From assembly GCA_003144275.1 (NCBI GenBank), contig NJBF01000001.1:150001-182000 (forward strand): a DNA stretch of 32,000 nt, in the 5' to 3' direction. This document shows positions 9,090 to 18,253 of the stretch, piece after piece. The notes beneath the pieces were generated by a model. It made no database searches. It worked only from the letters and a program-made list of their open reading frames with translations, and was not told the origin of the DNA. Each line of letters starts with the position of its first letter. Position 1 is the stretch's first letter. Source of the stretch: Candidatus Heimdallarchaeota archaeon B3_Heim. Its GTDB lineage: Archaea; Asgardarchaeota; Heimdallarchaeia; Hodarchaeales; Hodarchaeaceae. A program made the position numbers and the translations under genes.

Positions 9090-10196
9090 CTAAGAGTAGT
9101 AAGTCAGATTTTCATTGAAAATATTTGCTTTTAGCAATGAATCATTTAATTCTTTCATTGTAATTTTTGTTCGATCGTATAATACAGCATAATGAATAGC
9201 GCTCTTAATGATTTTTTCTTTCAAGTCTCTTCCAGACCAATGAGCTGTCTGTTGCACAATTAAATCCCAAGATATTTCAACAAAAGGAATTGGAGATAAA
9301 TTAGCGTATAAATTCAGTATTTCTCGTCTCTCAAAATGGTTAGGATCTTTGAATTCAATCAAATCTTCGAATCTACTTAAAATCGCCGAATCGAGAAGTT
9401 TAGGTTGGTTTGTTGAACCTACAGTAATGATTCCCTGATTAGTATCAATTCCATCCATTTCTCCTAACAAGGTACTTACTAACTCAACCACATCTCCCCT
9501 TATACTTTGATAATTTCTCTTCAATGCGATTGAGTCAAGTTCATCAATAAATTTAACAGCTGGAGCAGATCTTCTCGCTTCAGCATATAGGTTTTTAATT
9601 TTTCTTGCCCCATCACCCACATAAACACCTAGTAAATCGCTTGCTTTAATCAAGAATATTGTGCTTTTAATATTATGAGAAAGAGCTTTAGCCATCATCG
9701 TTTTTCCATTTCCTGGAGGCCCCCAAAAGAGGATGTTCTTAGGTGCCCAATGAGATTTCATTAATTCTTTATTACTTAGAAACTTACTAATAATCTGACA
9801 TTTTTCTTTGGCATTCTGTTGACCCACAATTTCTGAGAGAGTTGTATGTTGCTGACTTACCTTATTCGCTGGATCAATTTTTTGTTCAGAATACAAGAAA
9901 ATTTGGGTATTCTTAGTAATTTGAGAGTTCTTTGGTTCGACAGTTATTGCGCGAAAAGCATAATCTGGAAATAAGAGAGAATCAAATAAAAAGTTCCCAT
10001 TTTTTACTACGAGCCCAATCCATTGGCTTCGCGCATAATGCTGAAAAAGGGAAGGATCATCAGTTGACAAGTAAGGGGAAGAATCGTCTCCTACTTTTAA
10101 TGGATAACCTACTGGTGTTAATACCAATTTATTCATCTTTAATGAAGTTTTAGCAAAAGCTTCTTGCTTGGGTTTAATTTTTGATTGATGTTCCAC
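9090..10196 (-). CDS. Archaeal single-domain AAA+ ATPase (COG1223-like)
   Basis: N-terminal LTPVGYP, WAPKNILFWGPPGNGKT (Walker A), FIDELD (Walker B), TNQP...LDSAILSRF (SRH). Confidence 0.88.
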   Translation of the reverse strand: MEHQSKIKPKQEAFAKTSLKMNKLVLTPVGYPLKVGDDSSPYLSTDDPSLFQHYARSQWIGLVVKNGNFLFDSLLFPDYAFRAITVEPKNSQITKNTQIFLYSEQKIDPANKVSQQHTTLSEIVGQQNAKEKCQIISKFLSNKELMKSHWAPKNILFWGPPGNGKTMMAKALSHNIKSTIFLIKASDLLGVYVGDGARKIKNLYAEARRSAPAVKFIDELDSIALKRNYQSIRGDVVELVSTLLGEMDGIDTNQGIITVGSTNQPKLLDSAILSRFEDLIEFKDPNHFERREILNLYANLSPIPFVEISWDLIVQQTAHWSGRDLKEKIIKSAIHYAVLYDRTKITMKELNDSLLKANIFNENLTYYS

Positions 10197-10434
10197 TCTT
10201 ATGTTCCATCTCCATACATTAATCTAATATTTAAAGAATCTTAGGCGTCTTTCAAATCTTTTTTTGCGATCTGAATGATTCTTTTCGATAATAGAACAAC
10301 TTTTAATTTCTTCAGTATTGAGATGTTAATGCCCATTAGTAGTGTTTAACTGGAGATCAATACACTATTAGCATTCGTATGAGTATTCAGAATTGTCGAA
10401 GAAAGAAATTCTTCTTATTCGAATAATACTACAA

Positions 10435-10537
10435 GGGTTCGTGGTCTAGCTTGGCTAGGATCCGTGCCTGGGGTGCACGAGTTCAGGGGTTCGAACTTAT
10501 GCTTGTGATGAGCATAACGAAATTCCCCTCGAACCCA
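10435..10537 (+). tRNA. tRNA-Pro: tRNA-Pro(GGG) with a 28-nt T-loop intron (10496-10523, position 59/60)
   Basis: Acceptor GGGTTCG/CGAACCC, anticodon arm CGTGC-CT GGG GT-GCACG. Strict BHB: GGGG/CCCC, TTCG/CGAA, bulges AAC and ATT, intron stem TTATGCT/AGCATAA. Confidence 0.95.
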
Positions 10538-10672
10538 TTCTAATTCTCTTCTTTTTCCTCCCTGATCTATGGGTGTTTTCTTTACTTAATTCAAACATAA
10601 TATGACGATATTACCCTATCCTATAATATTTTTGTCGGTTAATGGTACATAACAAAAAGGAAGGCTAATCCA

Positions 10673-11944
10673 ATGGAATCAATTTTAAAAGATGCTTTAA
10701 GTGGAACAGGATCGTTCAAAAATCTAGGAGAGGTAAAACGGGAGCGAACTACACAATTTATACCATCACCTCCAAAAATTGATGATGAAATAGCAGACAT
10801 TTTGACAGAAAGACTGCCCAAAGTCCAAGTTATAGGAGTTGGAGGTGCAGGAAATAATGCAATTTTTCGATTAATGAACACAGAAGCAGATGCTGAATGT
10901 GTAGCGGTCAACACCGATGCTCAACATTTATTGTCAACACGTGCACACAAGAAGCTACTCATTGGAAAAGATACTTCCAGAGGATTTGGAGCAGGAAACA
11001 ACCCGGAAATTGGGGAAGCCGCTGCTCGAGAATCTATAGAAGATATCAAAAGTACTCTGAGTGCAAATATGGTATTTATTACATGTGGACTTGGTGGAGG
11101 AACAGGTACAGGTGCAGCTCACGTGATTGCGAGGCAAGCCAAAGAAAAAGGAGCCTTAACCGTATCAATCTGTACTTTACCCTTCCAAATGGAAGGTGTA
11201 AAGAGATATGAAAATGCACGTCAGGGATTAAAAAAATTGTATGATGCCTCTGACACTGTGATAGTCGTACCTAATGAAAAGCTTCTCGAGCTATCTGATG
11301 ATATTACAATGATGGCAGCATTCAGAATAGCTGATGCTGTCTTATTAAGAGCCGTAATGGCCATTACAGAGCTTATTACGAAACCACAACTTATTAACCT
11401 TGATTTTGCAGATGTAAAAAAGATACTAACTGAAGGTGGTATGGCAATGATTGGATTAGGGGAATCTGATCACCAGACTATGAAAGTTGATGAAGCTGTC
11501 TACGACGCATTAAGAAATCCATTACTTGATGATTTGGATATTAGTCGAGCAAAAAAAGGACTCATTTGTGTATCTGGTGGGGAAGGATTGGCCTTAAAGG
11601 ATGCAGAAGAAGCAGTGATGAAAATTGCTACAGAAATCGATAACTCTGCTGAAATCATTTGGGGAGCAACAATCGATCCAGACCTTGGAAATAAAATCCG
11701 AGTAATTGTTGTATTAAGTGATGTGCATTCACCTTTAACCGAAAATGAGGGATTATATTATTCAAAGAGTGATTTAGAGTCATTGCTTGCTGATCTAGAC
11801 TCACCTTTCTCGGTTATTTCGTCAAAAAATCGGGATTCAGGTGAGTTGAGAAACAATTTACCCTCCGCACGCTTCTCCTTGGAGGGTGATCATGACACAA
11901 GTGAAGGTAAAACTCGCAAAAAGAAATTCTTAGGGCTTTTTTGA
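10673..11944 (+). CDS. ftsZ: Cell division GTPase FtsZ (archaeal)
   Basis: GVGGAGNNA, NTDAQHL, GLGGGTGTG tubulin signature, T7 loop NLDFADV, IIWGA. Confidence 0.96.
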   Translation: MESILKDALSGTGSFKNLGEVKRERTTQFIPSPPKIDDEIADILTERLPKVQVIGVGGAGNNAIFRLMNTEADAECVAVNTDAQHLLSTRAHKKLLIGKDTSRGFGAGNNPEIGEAAARESIEDIKSTLSANMVFITCGLGGGTGTGAAHVIARQAKEKGALTVSICTLPFQMEGVKRYENARQGLKKLYDASDTVIVVPNEKLLELSDDITMMAAFRIADAVLLRAVMAITELITKPQLINLDFADVKKILTEGGMAMIGLGESDHQTMKVDEAVYDALRNPLLDDLDISRAKKGLICVSGGEGLALKDAEEAVMKIATEIDNSAEIIWGATIDPDLGNKIRVIVVLSDVHSPLTENEGLYYSKSDLESLLADLDSPFSVISSKNRDSGELRNNLPSARFSLEGDHDTSEGKTRKKKFLGLF

Positions 11945-11975
11945 CTGATAGACAAATTTCGATTAAATCCCTAAC

Positions 11976-11984
11976 TTTTTTTTT
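11976..11984 (+). terminator. Possible oligo(T) archaeal terminator downstream of ftsZ
   Basis: A T9 run about 30 nt after the ftsZ stop, between convergent ftsZ and hypB. Confidence 0.4.
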
Positions 11985-12023
11985 ATTCTGTTCATGATAT
12001 TATTTTAACAATTTTTAGGGGAT

Positions 12024-12680
12024 TTAGTTAATACTTAGCCCAATTTTTTCAGCGAAAACTTCCATTCCTTCTCCGGTCTTTGTACTAGTGGGAACTACTT
12101 CTAGTTGAGGATATAATTCTCTAGATCCTTGCATAACTTCATGAATATCGATATCCATTGCTAGGGCAAGATCAATCTTGTTAAGGACAGCTAAATCGCT
12201 CATTCTGAAAGTAACAGGATGTTTTCGGAACACATACGGGCCTTCTGTTACACTTGTAATTGTTATCTTCTTATCAGCGCCAACATCAGTTGATGATGGG
12301 CAAATTAGATTTCCAACATTTTCAACAAAAATGAAGTCATATTTTTGAAGGTCAATGGTGTCCAGTGCTTTCTCAATCTGAAATGCCATGAGATGACACC
12401 CTCGTCCTGTATTAATCTGAATACATTTACTTCCAAATCTGCTAATTCTTTGAGCATCAATATCAGTTGCCAGATCTCCATTAATCACGAGTAACTTTTG
12501 ATTTTTGGCGAATTCTCTCGAAAAATATTCCAGGATGGAAGTTTTTCCAGATCCAACGCTTCCCATTATATCAATCATCGGAATATCAAAATTTTGTCTT
12601 TTTTGACGAATTCTTCCTGCAATTTGATCATTTTTCTCCTGAATCTTTTGATCTATCTGCACATTTATTACTTGGGGCAC
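12024..12680 (-). CDS. hypB: Hydrogenase nickel incorporation GTPase HypB
   Basis: GSVGSGKT, GDLATDIDA, TGRGCHL, ENVGNLICP, NKID. Confidence 0.93.
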   Translation of the reverse strand: MPQVINVQIDQKIQEKNDQIAGRIRQKRQNFDIPMIDIMGSVGSGKTSILEYFSREFAKNQKLLVINGDLATDIDAQRISRFGSKCIQINTGRGCHLMAFQIEKALDTIDLQKYDFIFVENVGNLICPSSTDVGADKKITITSVTEGPYVFRKHPVTFRMSDLAVLNKIDLALAMDIDIHEVMQGSRELYPQLEVVPTSTKTGEGMEVFAEKIGLSIN

Positions 12681-12750
12681 CTGTGGTTCCTCGTGTGAAT
12701 GAAGGAAAGAGTTTTTTTTATCTCTTCTGTGGGTGATAAACTGAACCTAA

Positions 12751-13122
12751 ATGCACGAATTTTCTCTAGCTCAATCAGTACAAGAAACAGTAGTGACTAT
12801 TGCGAAAGAACGTGCAGCAAAAGAAATAAAGAAGGTTATTCTCAAGTTTGGTGCATTTGCTCTAATTGAGGAAGATCAATTCAGATTCTGCTTTGATATC
12901 CTGAAAAAAGAATCAAAATTGCTCGAAAACGCAGAATTGGAGATAATTTGGATTTCAGGGGAACTAAGATGCCAAGAATGTAATTTTGAAGGGAAGATTG
13001 AAGATATCCCGCAGAAACATACCGAGCTTGCTCCCATATTTCAATGTCCGACATGTGAAAGTTTTGCAACAGATATAATATCAGGAACCGAAGCTAATAT
13101 TGACTCTATTGTAATCAATTAA
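12751..13122 (+). CDS. hypA: Hydrogenase maturation factor HypA
   Basis: N-terminal MHEFSLA, CQEC and CPTC zinc pairs, IISG.E tail. Divergent from hypB. Confidence 0.94.
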   Translation: MHEFSLAQSVQETVVTIAKERAAKEIKKVILKFGAFALIEEDQFRFCFDILKKESKLLENAELEIIWISGELRCQECNFEGKIEDIPQKHTELAPIFQCPTCESFATDIISGTEANIDSIVIN

Positions 13123-13177
13123 GATCGGCTCAAAGCTTACAACGATTTTCTCAAAAATCCAGCCCTCTAATATCATC

Positions 13178-13660
13178 CTACTTTACTATGCAATTAATAC
13201 GACTATTACGGGAGTCTAATACGCAATGAAAGATTGTTTTATTGTGGGGGAAAATAGTAATTTCGGTCTCTTTCCAATTTACGTTAATAATTTGACCTAC
13301 AAAAGCGTGATCCTTGAGTACAGGTTCACCTTGCATAACAACCATTGAATTATCTTCTTTGCTTACAAATAGGATATTATTTTTTCTTTGTGGATCGGCC
13401 ACTACCTCTGAGATTGGATGTATTTCTTCCCTGATTTCAAAACCTTTCGAGATCCATTTCATTCGAGTTCTAATTCCGAGGTTTTTTGTTTGTTGGAATA
13501 TTAAGATTCTAATTCCCGATACGATGAATCCTATTTTCTCTGCATTATCTTCAGTTTTTAATTCTTTATAGCCAGTAACTTGGAAACCGGGTGATTTTTC
13601 TTGGTTGGAAGGACTTAATGAACAATGAATACTCTTGATAATTATCTTTTTTCCAGCCAC
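13178..13660 (-). CDS. Hypothetical protein
   Basis: A 160-aa ORF filling the gap between hypA and the deacetylase; no motif recognised. Confidence 0.6.
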   Translation of the reverse strand: MAGKKIIIKSIHCSLSPSNQEKSPGFQVTGYKELKTEDNAEKIGFIVSGIRILIFQQTKNLGIRTRMKWISKGFEIREEIHPISEVVADPQRKNNILFVSKEDNSMVVMQGEPVLKDHAFVGQIINVNWKETEITIFPHNKTIFHCVLDSRNSRINCIVK

Positions 13661-13997
13661 ATTGTGAACCCCTAATGGAATTTTGAATTATTAGAAGTTA
13701 TTATTAATGTAACAACTAATTTTACACTCTAAACTGGCTCATCGAATTGAAATTTCAACCTGAAATTAGGAAAAAAGTCATAATTTATCCTAGTTAGGGT
13801 TTTTTGACGATTTCCTCTAATATTTAATATCCTCAGTCAGTAAATAGTGTGATATGATATATACTACTAACAACCTTTGATAAGATAATTAAATCTTTAC
13901 TTATTAAATGCTAATATCAGCAAATTGAAAATTTTATTTTCTTACTCCAAGGAGATTCGTATTTGTACAGAGATTCAAAAAGAAAGAGGAATAGATA

Positions 13998-15041
13998 TTG
14001 AATTCAATTCGGTTTATTAGTAATTCTCTAGCAAAGAAGCATTCTAATGGAAAATTTCACCCCGAATCGCCTCAAAGAATTGAAATAATGGAAAAATGGG
14101 TTACTTCCCATTTGGATGATTCCATATCTTTTGAAATCTCCCATGAAATGGCAAATAAAGAGGAAATTTTATCTGTACATACTGAAGATCACTACAATTT
14201 AATTGAAAAGACAAAAAATTACGAGGGCCACTTTTATTTCGATGCAGACACAGCTGCTAATAGCTATTCCTATGAGGCGGCTATGCAAGCTGTCCAGATA
14301 GGAATACAAGCCGTTTTTGAAAGTACAAGGGATAATTCAGTATTCTGTCTTGTCCGTCCTCCTGGTCATCATGCAACTCAGCATTCCCCACAAGGTTTCT
14401 GCATCTTCAATAATATCGCTGTAGGGAGCCAAATCGCACTCAATAAGAAAAAATATCACCGTATTGCGATATTAGATATTGATCATCATTTTGGAAATGG
14501 AACTGCGTATATTACCGAATCTAACCCCGATATCTTATACATGAGTACCCATGCAGATCCGAGAATTTCCTATCCAGGATGTGGGTTCTCAGACGAAATT
14601 GGATTTGGAGAGGGACGAGGATTCAATGTGCCACTACCTCTTGGATACAGAGCCTCTGAAGCAGATCTAAAACTTTGCTTTGAATCGATTATCAATCCAA
14701 TAATATATCAATTCAAACCTGACTTTCTAGCTATAAGTGTAGGTTTTGATGCCTATGAAAGAGACCCCATCGGAGTACTAGGTGTAACTGTGAATGGATT
14801 CGGTTACATTGGAAAAATAATTAAAGAAATCACTGATAATCTTAAAATTCCTTATGCACATTTTTTGGAAGGAGGATACAATATTAATCTCTTACCAGAA
14901 TTATTATCAGCTTATGTTTCTCCATTTATTGGAAAAAGTGAAGTGAATTTGAAAATTGATCCTTCTCTTCAGGTAAAAGAGGAGACCAAATCAATAGTTC
15001 AAAGCTCTAAGAACGTGTTAAAAGATTACTGGTCTCTGTGA
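13998..15041 (+). CDS. Histone deacetylase / AcuC-AphA superfamily deacetylase
   Basis: HPESPQR, RPPGHH, GFCIFNN, DIDHHFGNG, YPGCG, GFDA, EGGY. TTG start preceded by GAGG. Confidence 0.93.
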   Translation: MNSIRFISNSLAKKHSNGKFHPESPQRIEIMEKWVTSHLDDSISFEISHEMANKEEILSVHTEDHYNLIEKTKNYEGHFYFDADTAANSYSYEAAMQAVQIGIQAVFESTRDNSVFCLVRPPGHHATQHSPQGFCIFNNIAVGSQIALNKKKYHRIAILDIDHHFGNGTAYITESNPDILYMSTHADPRISYPGCGFSDEIGFGEGRGFNVPLPLGYRASEADLKLCFESIINPIIYQFKPDFLAISVGFDAYERDPIGVLGVTVNGFGYIGKIIKEITDNLKIPYAHFLEGGYNINLLPELLSAYVSPFIGKSEVNLKIDPSLQVKEETKSIVQSSKNVLKDYWSL

Positions 15042-15136
15042 TAAAGTTTGTTCTTATTGTAAAACATCTGTAATTATAAAAACAAATCTATTTGTATTTA
15101 CCAAAGATTTAAAATTCCTAGTCCTTATTTTTCATT

Positions 15137-15230
15137 GGAAGGATCCAATGATGTCTCTAGCCCTACCGATAAGGAAAACTGTGTAAAGTATCCCTAAGTG
15201 ATGAAGATCTTGAGTATAGAGGATCCTTTC
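15137..15230 (+). ncRNA. Putative box C/D guide RNA; D guide matches the tRNA-Leu(CAA) anticodon arm (predicted Cm34)
   Basis: 10-bp terminal stem 15137-15146/15221-15230; C ATGATGT 15148-54; D' CCGA 15166-69; C' GTGATGA 15198-204; D variant TAGA 15217-20. Guide AGATCTTGAGT is complementary to ACUCAAGAUCU. Confidence 0.68.
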
Positions 15231-15245
15231 ATTTTGACCATTACT

Positions 15246-15710
15246 TCATGATTCCTTTTCAAAAAGTTCTTTTCTAATTTTGGAACTACTCAATTTTGTA
15301 CCCTTATTTGTAGTTACAATTGCAGAAAGAATGAGAATTAACGGAGATTTTTTTAACATGTTTCTCTCGCGGTTGATGGCTAGTGCTCCCGAATATGTTT
15401 CTTGTGAAACTAGTAGTGCTAGTAAATCGGATTTGCTTGCAATTTGTCCATCTTGACCTAAAGAATCAATTTTGACAATGGAACATCTATTATTACGGGA
15501 TTTGAAATAGTTCTCGAGTGCTAAATGACGTTCGCTGAACGGAAGAATGCGATCTCCAAGCACTTTAGGGTGATTATGTAAATATTTTTCACTAATCAAC
15601 CCAATTTGGATATATTCTGAATAATGTGACGCAAGATCCAAAATTAGTTTATGACCAGAATGGAGACGATCAAAAGTTCCACCTAAACCTAATTTTTCAA
15701 ATTTGGCCAT
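15246..15710 (-). CDS. coaD: Archaeal phosphopantetheine adenylyltransferase
   Basis: GGTFDRLHSGH (HxGH), VSQET, INRER, LSSSKIR. Confidence 0.9.
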   Translation of the reverse strand: MAKFEKLGLGGTFDRLHSGHKLILDLASHYSEYIQIGLISEKYLHNHPKVLGDRILPFSERHLALENYFKSRNNRCSIVKIDSLGQDGQIASKSDLLALLVSQETYSGALAINRERNMLKKSPLILILSAIVTTNKGTKLSSSKIRKELFEKES

Positions 15711-15781
15711 AGATTGTTCTCATCATACCTATTTACTTAAGTATGATTGAATGAAATATGATTAAGAAAAGCTTTTTTATC

Positions 15782-16078
15782 GTGGGACGGGAAGTCTTCA
15801 ACGCAAGGAAGGAATATATTCTACTCTCGAGGACACGATGAGCCAAGATGATTCGGAGTGCAAATGAGTAGAGAAATCCTGAGCGGTTACTACCATATGA
15901 ATTAGGAGACGGGCTCTCGCATGAGGATGGGTGTGTCACCCAACAATGAGCGATAGGGTTAACCCTCCTAAGCGACAGGAGTAAGGGTCATAAAGCCCTT
16001 CATAAGAGAACTAGGCTGAATTTGGGATCCTCCCGTATATGTGGTCGCAGTGTTAGTGTTAAGGGCGACAGATCCAAT
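15782..16078 (+). ncRNA. Unidentified structured RNA with a K-turn and a K-loop (boundaries approximate)
   Basis: About 48% GC and 60% purine over 15781-16030 (hand count) in AT-rich intergenic DNA. K-turn CGC-AAG-GA-AGGA/UCCU-GA-GCG, K-loop CGAU-GA...GA-UUCG, several additional helices. Confidence 0.7.
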
Positions 16079-16154
16079 ATAACTTGTCAATATCTGAGTA
16101 TTTATTTTCAAAAATAAAAAGACAGGGGAGTAGGAAAATTGTTAATCCTACCTA

Positions 16155-17405
16155 CTAATCTGAATACGTATAGATTTTGATATTTAGTGGAATCTTTGTT
16201 ATATCGTGCTGTCGGGCACCAACAATGTTTTGTACACCCCGACTTGAGGCAATGTCCAACAACCTTTGGGTGATAATCCCATCAAAAATCACAGTTTCAA
16301 TATTTTCTGTGTTGAGGATTTTGTCTCGAAGATCACTGATGGGAATATTTTCCTCAATTATCTTAGAATTTTTGTCGAATAATGTTGCTTGTTGCTCAGG
16401 AAGATTTTCCACAACTTGAAGAAACTCGGGTGGTATTTTAGCTTGACTTGCTGGCTCTGATTTTCGTCTAATGACTATAGGAATTTCTTTTGTCACAAAA
16501 TCATTGTCTTCAGATTCGTCTGCAGTACTTTCTGAAAAATCATCATCCTCTGGGGTAATATTGAGCTCTTTCATAATCTGTTCAATAGGTATTTTTGTAC
16601 GAAGCGCTTTCAGTATTTCCTTACTTGATAATTCTTCAACTTCGTGGTTTGTTGGTGCTCTAGCGACGTAATCAAGATCTGCAAGGTGAATAAGTTCACG
16701 TAAAATGAGATCCCCACCATGATCCCCATCTAAAAATGCAGTTGTTACTTTTTTTCGTGTTAAATCAACAACCTCAGGTGGAACATCAGTTCCTTGCACA
16801 GAAATGACATTTCTAAATCCGTGTTTCAATAAATTAATTACATCAGCACGTCCTTCCACAATGATGAGATTATCGCTATCTAAAACCCCAGGACCTGCAG
16901 GTAATGCCGCTTTTCCAAATTTTTGGATAATACTTACTCTTGCTTCCTTCAGGACTTCATCTAAGACTGAAACTGAGTCAGGTGCAACCTCATGATCCCA
17001 TGTTTTCAAAATTCTAGAAGCACGCTGAACGATTTGTCGTCGTTTGCTCTCGCGTACGTCTTCAATCTTGAGTAGATTGATTTTTCCAACACAAGGACCA
17101 ACCCTATCGACCGTCTCTAAAGCAGCAGCAAGTAATGCTGTTTCGACACGATCCAATGATGATGGAATTATAAGTGTCCCAGTTGTTTTTCTTTGTCTCT
17201 TTTGATATTGCAGCTTTACAGCTATTCTACCTATTCTTGAAGTTTTTTGTAATTCACGTAAATCAAGCCCTTCGCCAATTAAACCTTCGGTTTGGCCAAA
17301 TAACGCGCCAATTATATCAGAGCGTTCAGCTACTCCGTTTATTGAGAATTTTTCGTGAATTAAGTATTTTACAGTACTAGTATCGATATCTTCTTCATTA
17401 GCCAT
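16155..17405 (-). CDS. dnaG: Archaeal DnaG (TOPRIM; exosome-associated)
   Basis: GALFGQTEGL, LRELQKTSRIGRI, IPSSLD, IIVEGRADV, FLDGDHGG. ATG at 17405 is preferred over GTG at 17447. Confidence 0.95.
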   Translation of the reverse strand: MANEEDIDTSTVKYLIHEKFSINGVAERSDIIGALFGQTEGLIGEGLDLRELQKTSRIGRIAVKLQYQKRQRKTTGTLIIPSSLDRVETALLAAALETVDRVGPCVGKINLLKIEDVRESKRRQIVQRASRILKTWDHEVAPDSVSVLDEVLKEARVSIIQKFGKAALPAGPGVLDSDNLIIVEGRADVINLLKHGFRNVISVQGTDVPPEVVDLTRKKVTTAFLDGDHGGDLILRELIHLADLDYVARAPTNHEVEELSSKEILKALRTKIPIEQIMKELNITPEDDDFSESTADESEDNDFVTKEIPIVIRRKSEPASQAKIPPEFLQVVENLPEQQATLFDKNSKIIEENIPISDLRDKILNTENIETVIFDGIITQRLLDIASSRGVQNIVGARQHDITKIPLNIKIYTYSD

Positions 17406-17805
17406 TGAAGTTTCATCTCCAAATTTATGCGATGAAACAACACTCACTCCTATTACGACTGCTCCACCAAATATTTGATTGAATACTCCACAGATATGTG
17501 ACTGAGTAATGATGAATGAATAATGTAATAATCATGAAATGCGGTTTCACACGCGTTTTAATGATGTTCTAGTGAACATCAGCTTATTTTTCCCCAGTTT
17601 GACTTGTTCTGTTAATTTTCGGGGAATCATTGTTTTTTGAACTGTTCTCGGAATATTTACAATTTCGAGATTTGTCCTTTGTAATGATCATTATTTCGTA
17701 AACTAAATCAAAGGACTTAATTTAATTCTTAATGCTTACGATATATTCCTAGACCAACCAATTTTTTTAATTTATGGGTACAAATTAGAGCATTGTCTGG
17801 AAATT

Positions 17806-18024
17806 CTAAAGTAAAAATTTTACTTTATGTATGGCAAGAGTGATGTCCTCACCCTCGACTGTTTTCTTACCCGCGTGAGAGGCAATCTCTGTGCCGAGGC
17901 TTGCTATTTTTTCCCCATAATCCTCTAATTCTTTTTGTAGTACATGAATCGCCGATTTGGAAACACGATTGGCCCCGCTTTTTCTAATTATCCTATCTAT
18001 AGCTGAATTAGGAATTTCTACCAC
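17806..18024 (-). CDS. Archaeal histone (HMf-type singlet, tail-less)
   Basis: EIP.SAIDRIIRK.GA.RVS..A...L...HAGKKTV..EDI.LA histone fold. GTG at 18024 follows an AGGTG RBS; 72 aa. Confidence 0.9.
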   Translation of the reverse strand: MVEIPNSAIDRIIRKSGANRVSKSAIHVLQKELEDYGEKIASLGTEIASHAGKKTVEGEDITLAIHKVKFLL

Positions 18025-18253
18025 GTAAAACACCTTAAAACAAACCGGTATCACCAGATAAAGGTGTATACCATATTTTTGAAGCAGTACAGATTAATTA
18101 AAAAGGTATTTTTCCTCTATTCAATATGTGTTTTGAAGTATATTTAAAATTCGTCTCTAAATACTGCTCATATAAGTATCTGACGACGTTCTTCATTATC
18201 TACTCCAAACTGAAGAAAGTAAAACGTCATTAAATTATTTGTGTTGAATACAA

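Noticed and set aside
9535-9565. Lys in the hydrophobic Walker B strand of the AAA ATPase (AVKFIDE)
   Set aside because: A single ATA-to-AAA change would explain it, so it could be a sequencing error or private variant; the DE pair is intact.
13768-13816. Imperfect inverted repeat AGGAAA..GTCA..CCTA/TAGG..TGAC..TTTCCT
   Set aside because: AT-rich and interrupted; it could be an operator or chance, with no further support.
15733-15939. 68-aa minus-strand ORF
   Set aside because: No RBS or motif; it overlaps the structured RNA island.
15782-16078. Calling the structured RNA RNase P RNA, SRP RNA or U3
   Set aside because: GGGAAGUC and AGAACUAGGCU resemble CR-I and CR-V, but P4 would have only about 5 bp and there is no P3 upstream. 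No SRP helix-8 CAGG/GGAA/AGCA motif occurs on either strand. The U3 resemblance is limited to short motifs and topology. Left unidentified.
17509-17600. ATGATGA and ATGATGT box-C-like motifs upstream of dnaG
   Set aside because: No properly spaced D boxes or plausible guides.
13998-18024. Functional link between the HDAC-family gene and the histone gene
   Set aside because: They are about 2.8 kb apart on opposite strands with unrelated genes between; the histone has no tail, and prokaryotic members of this family often act on other substrates.
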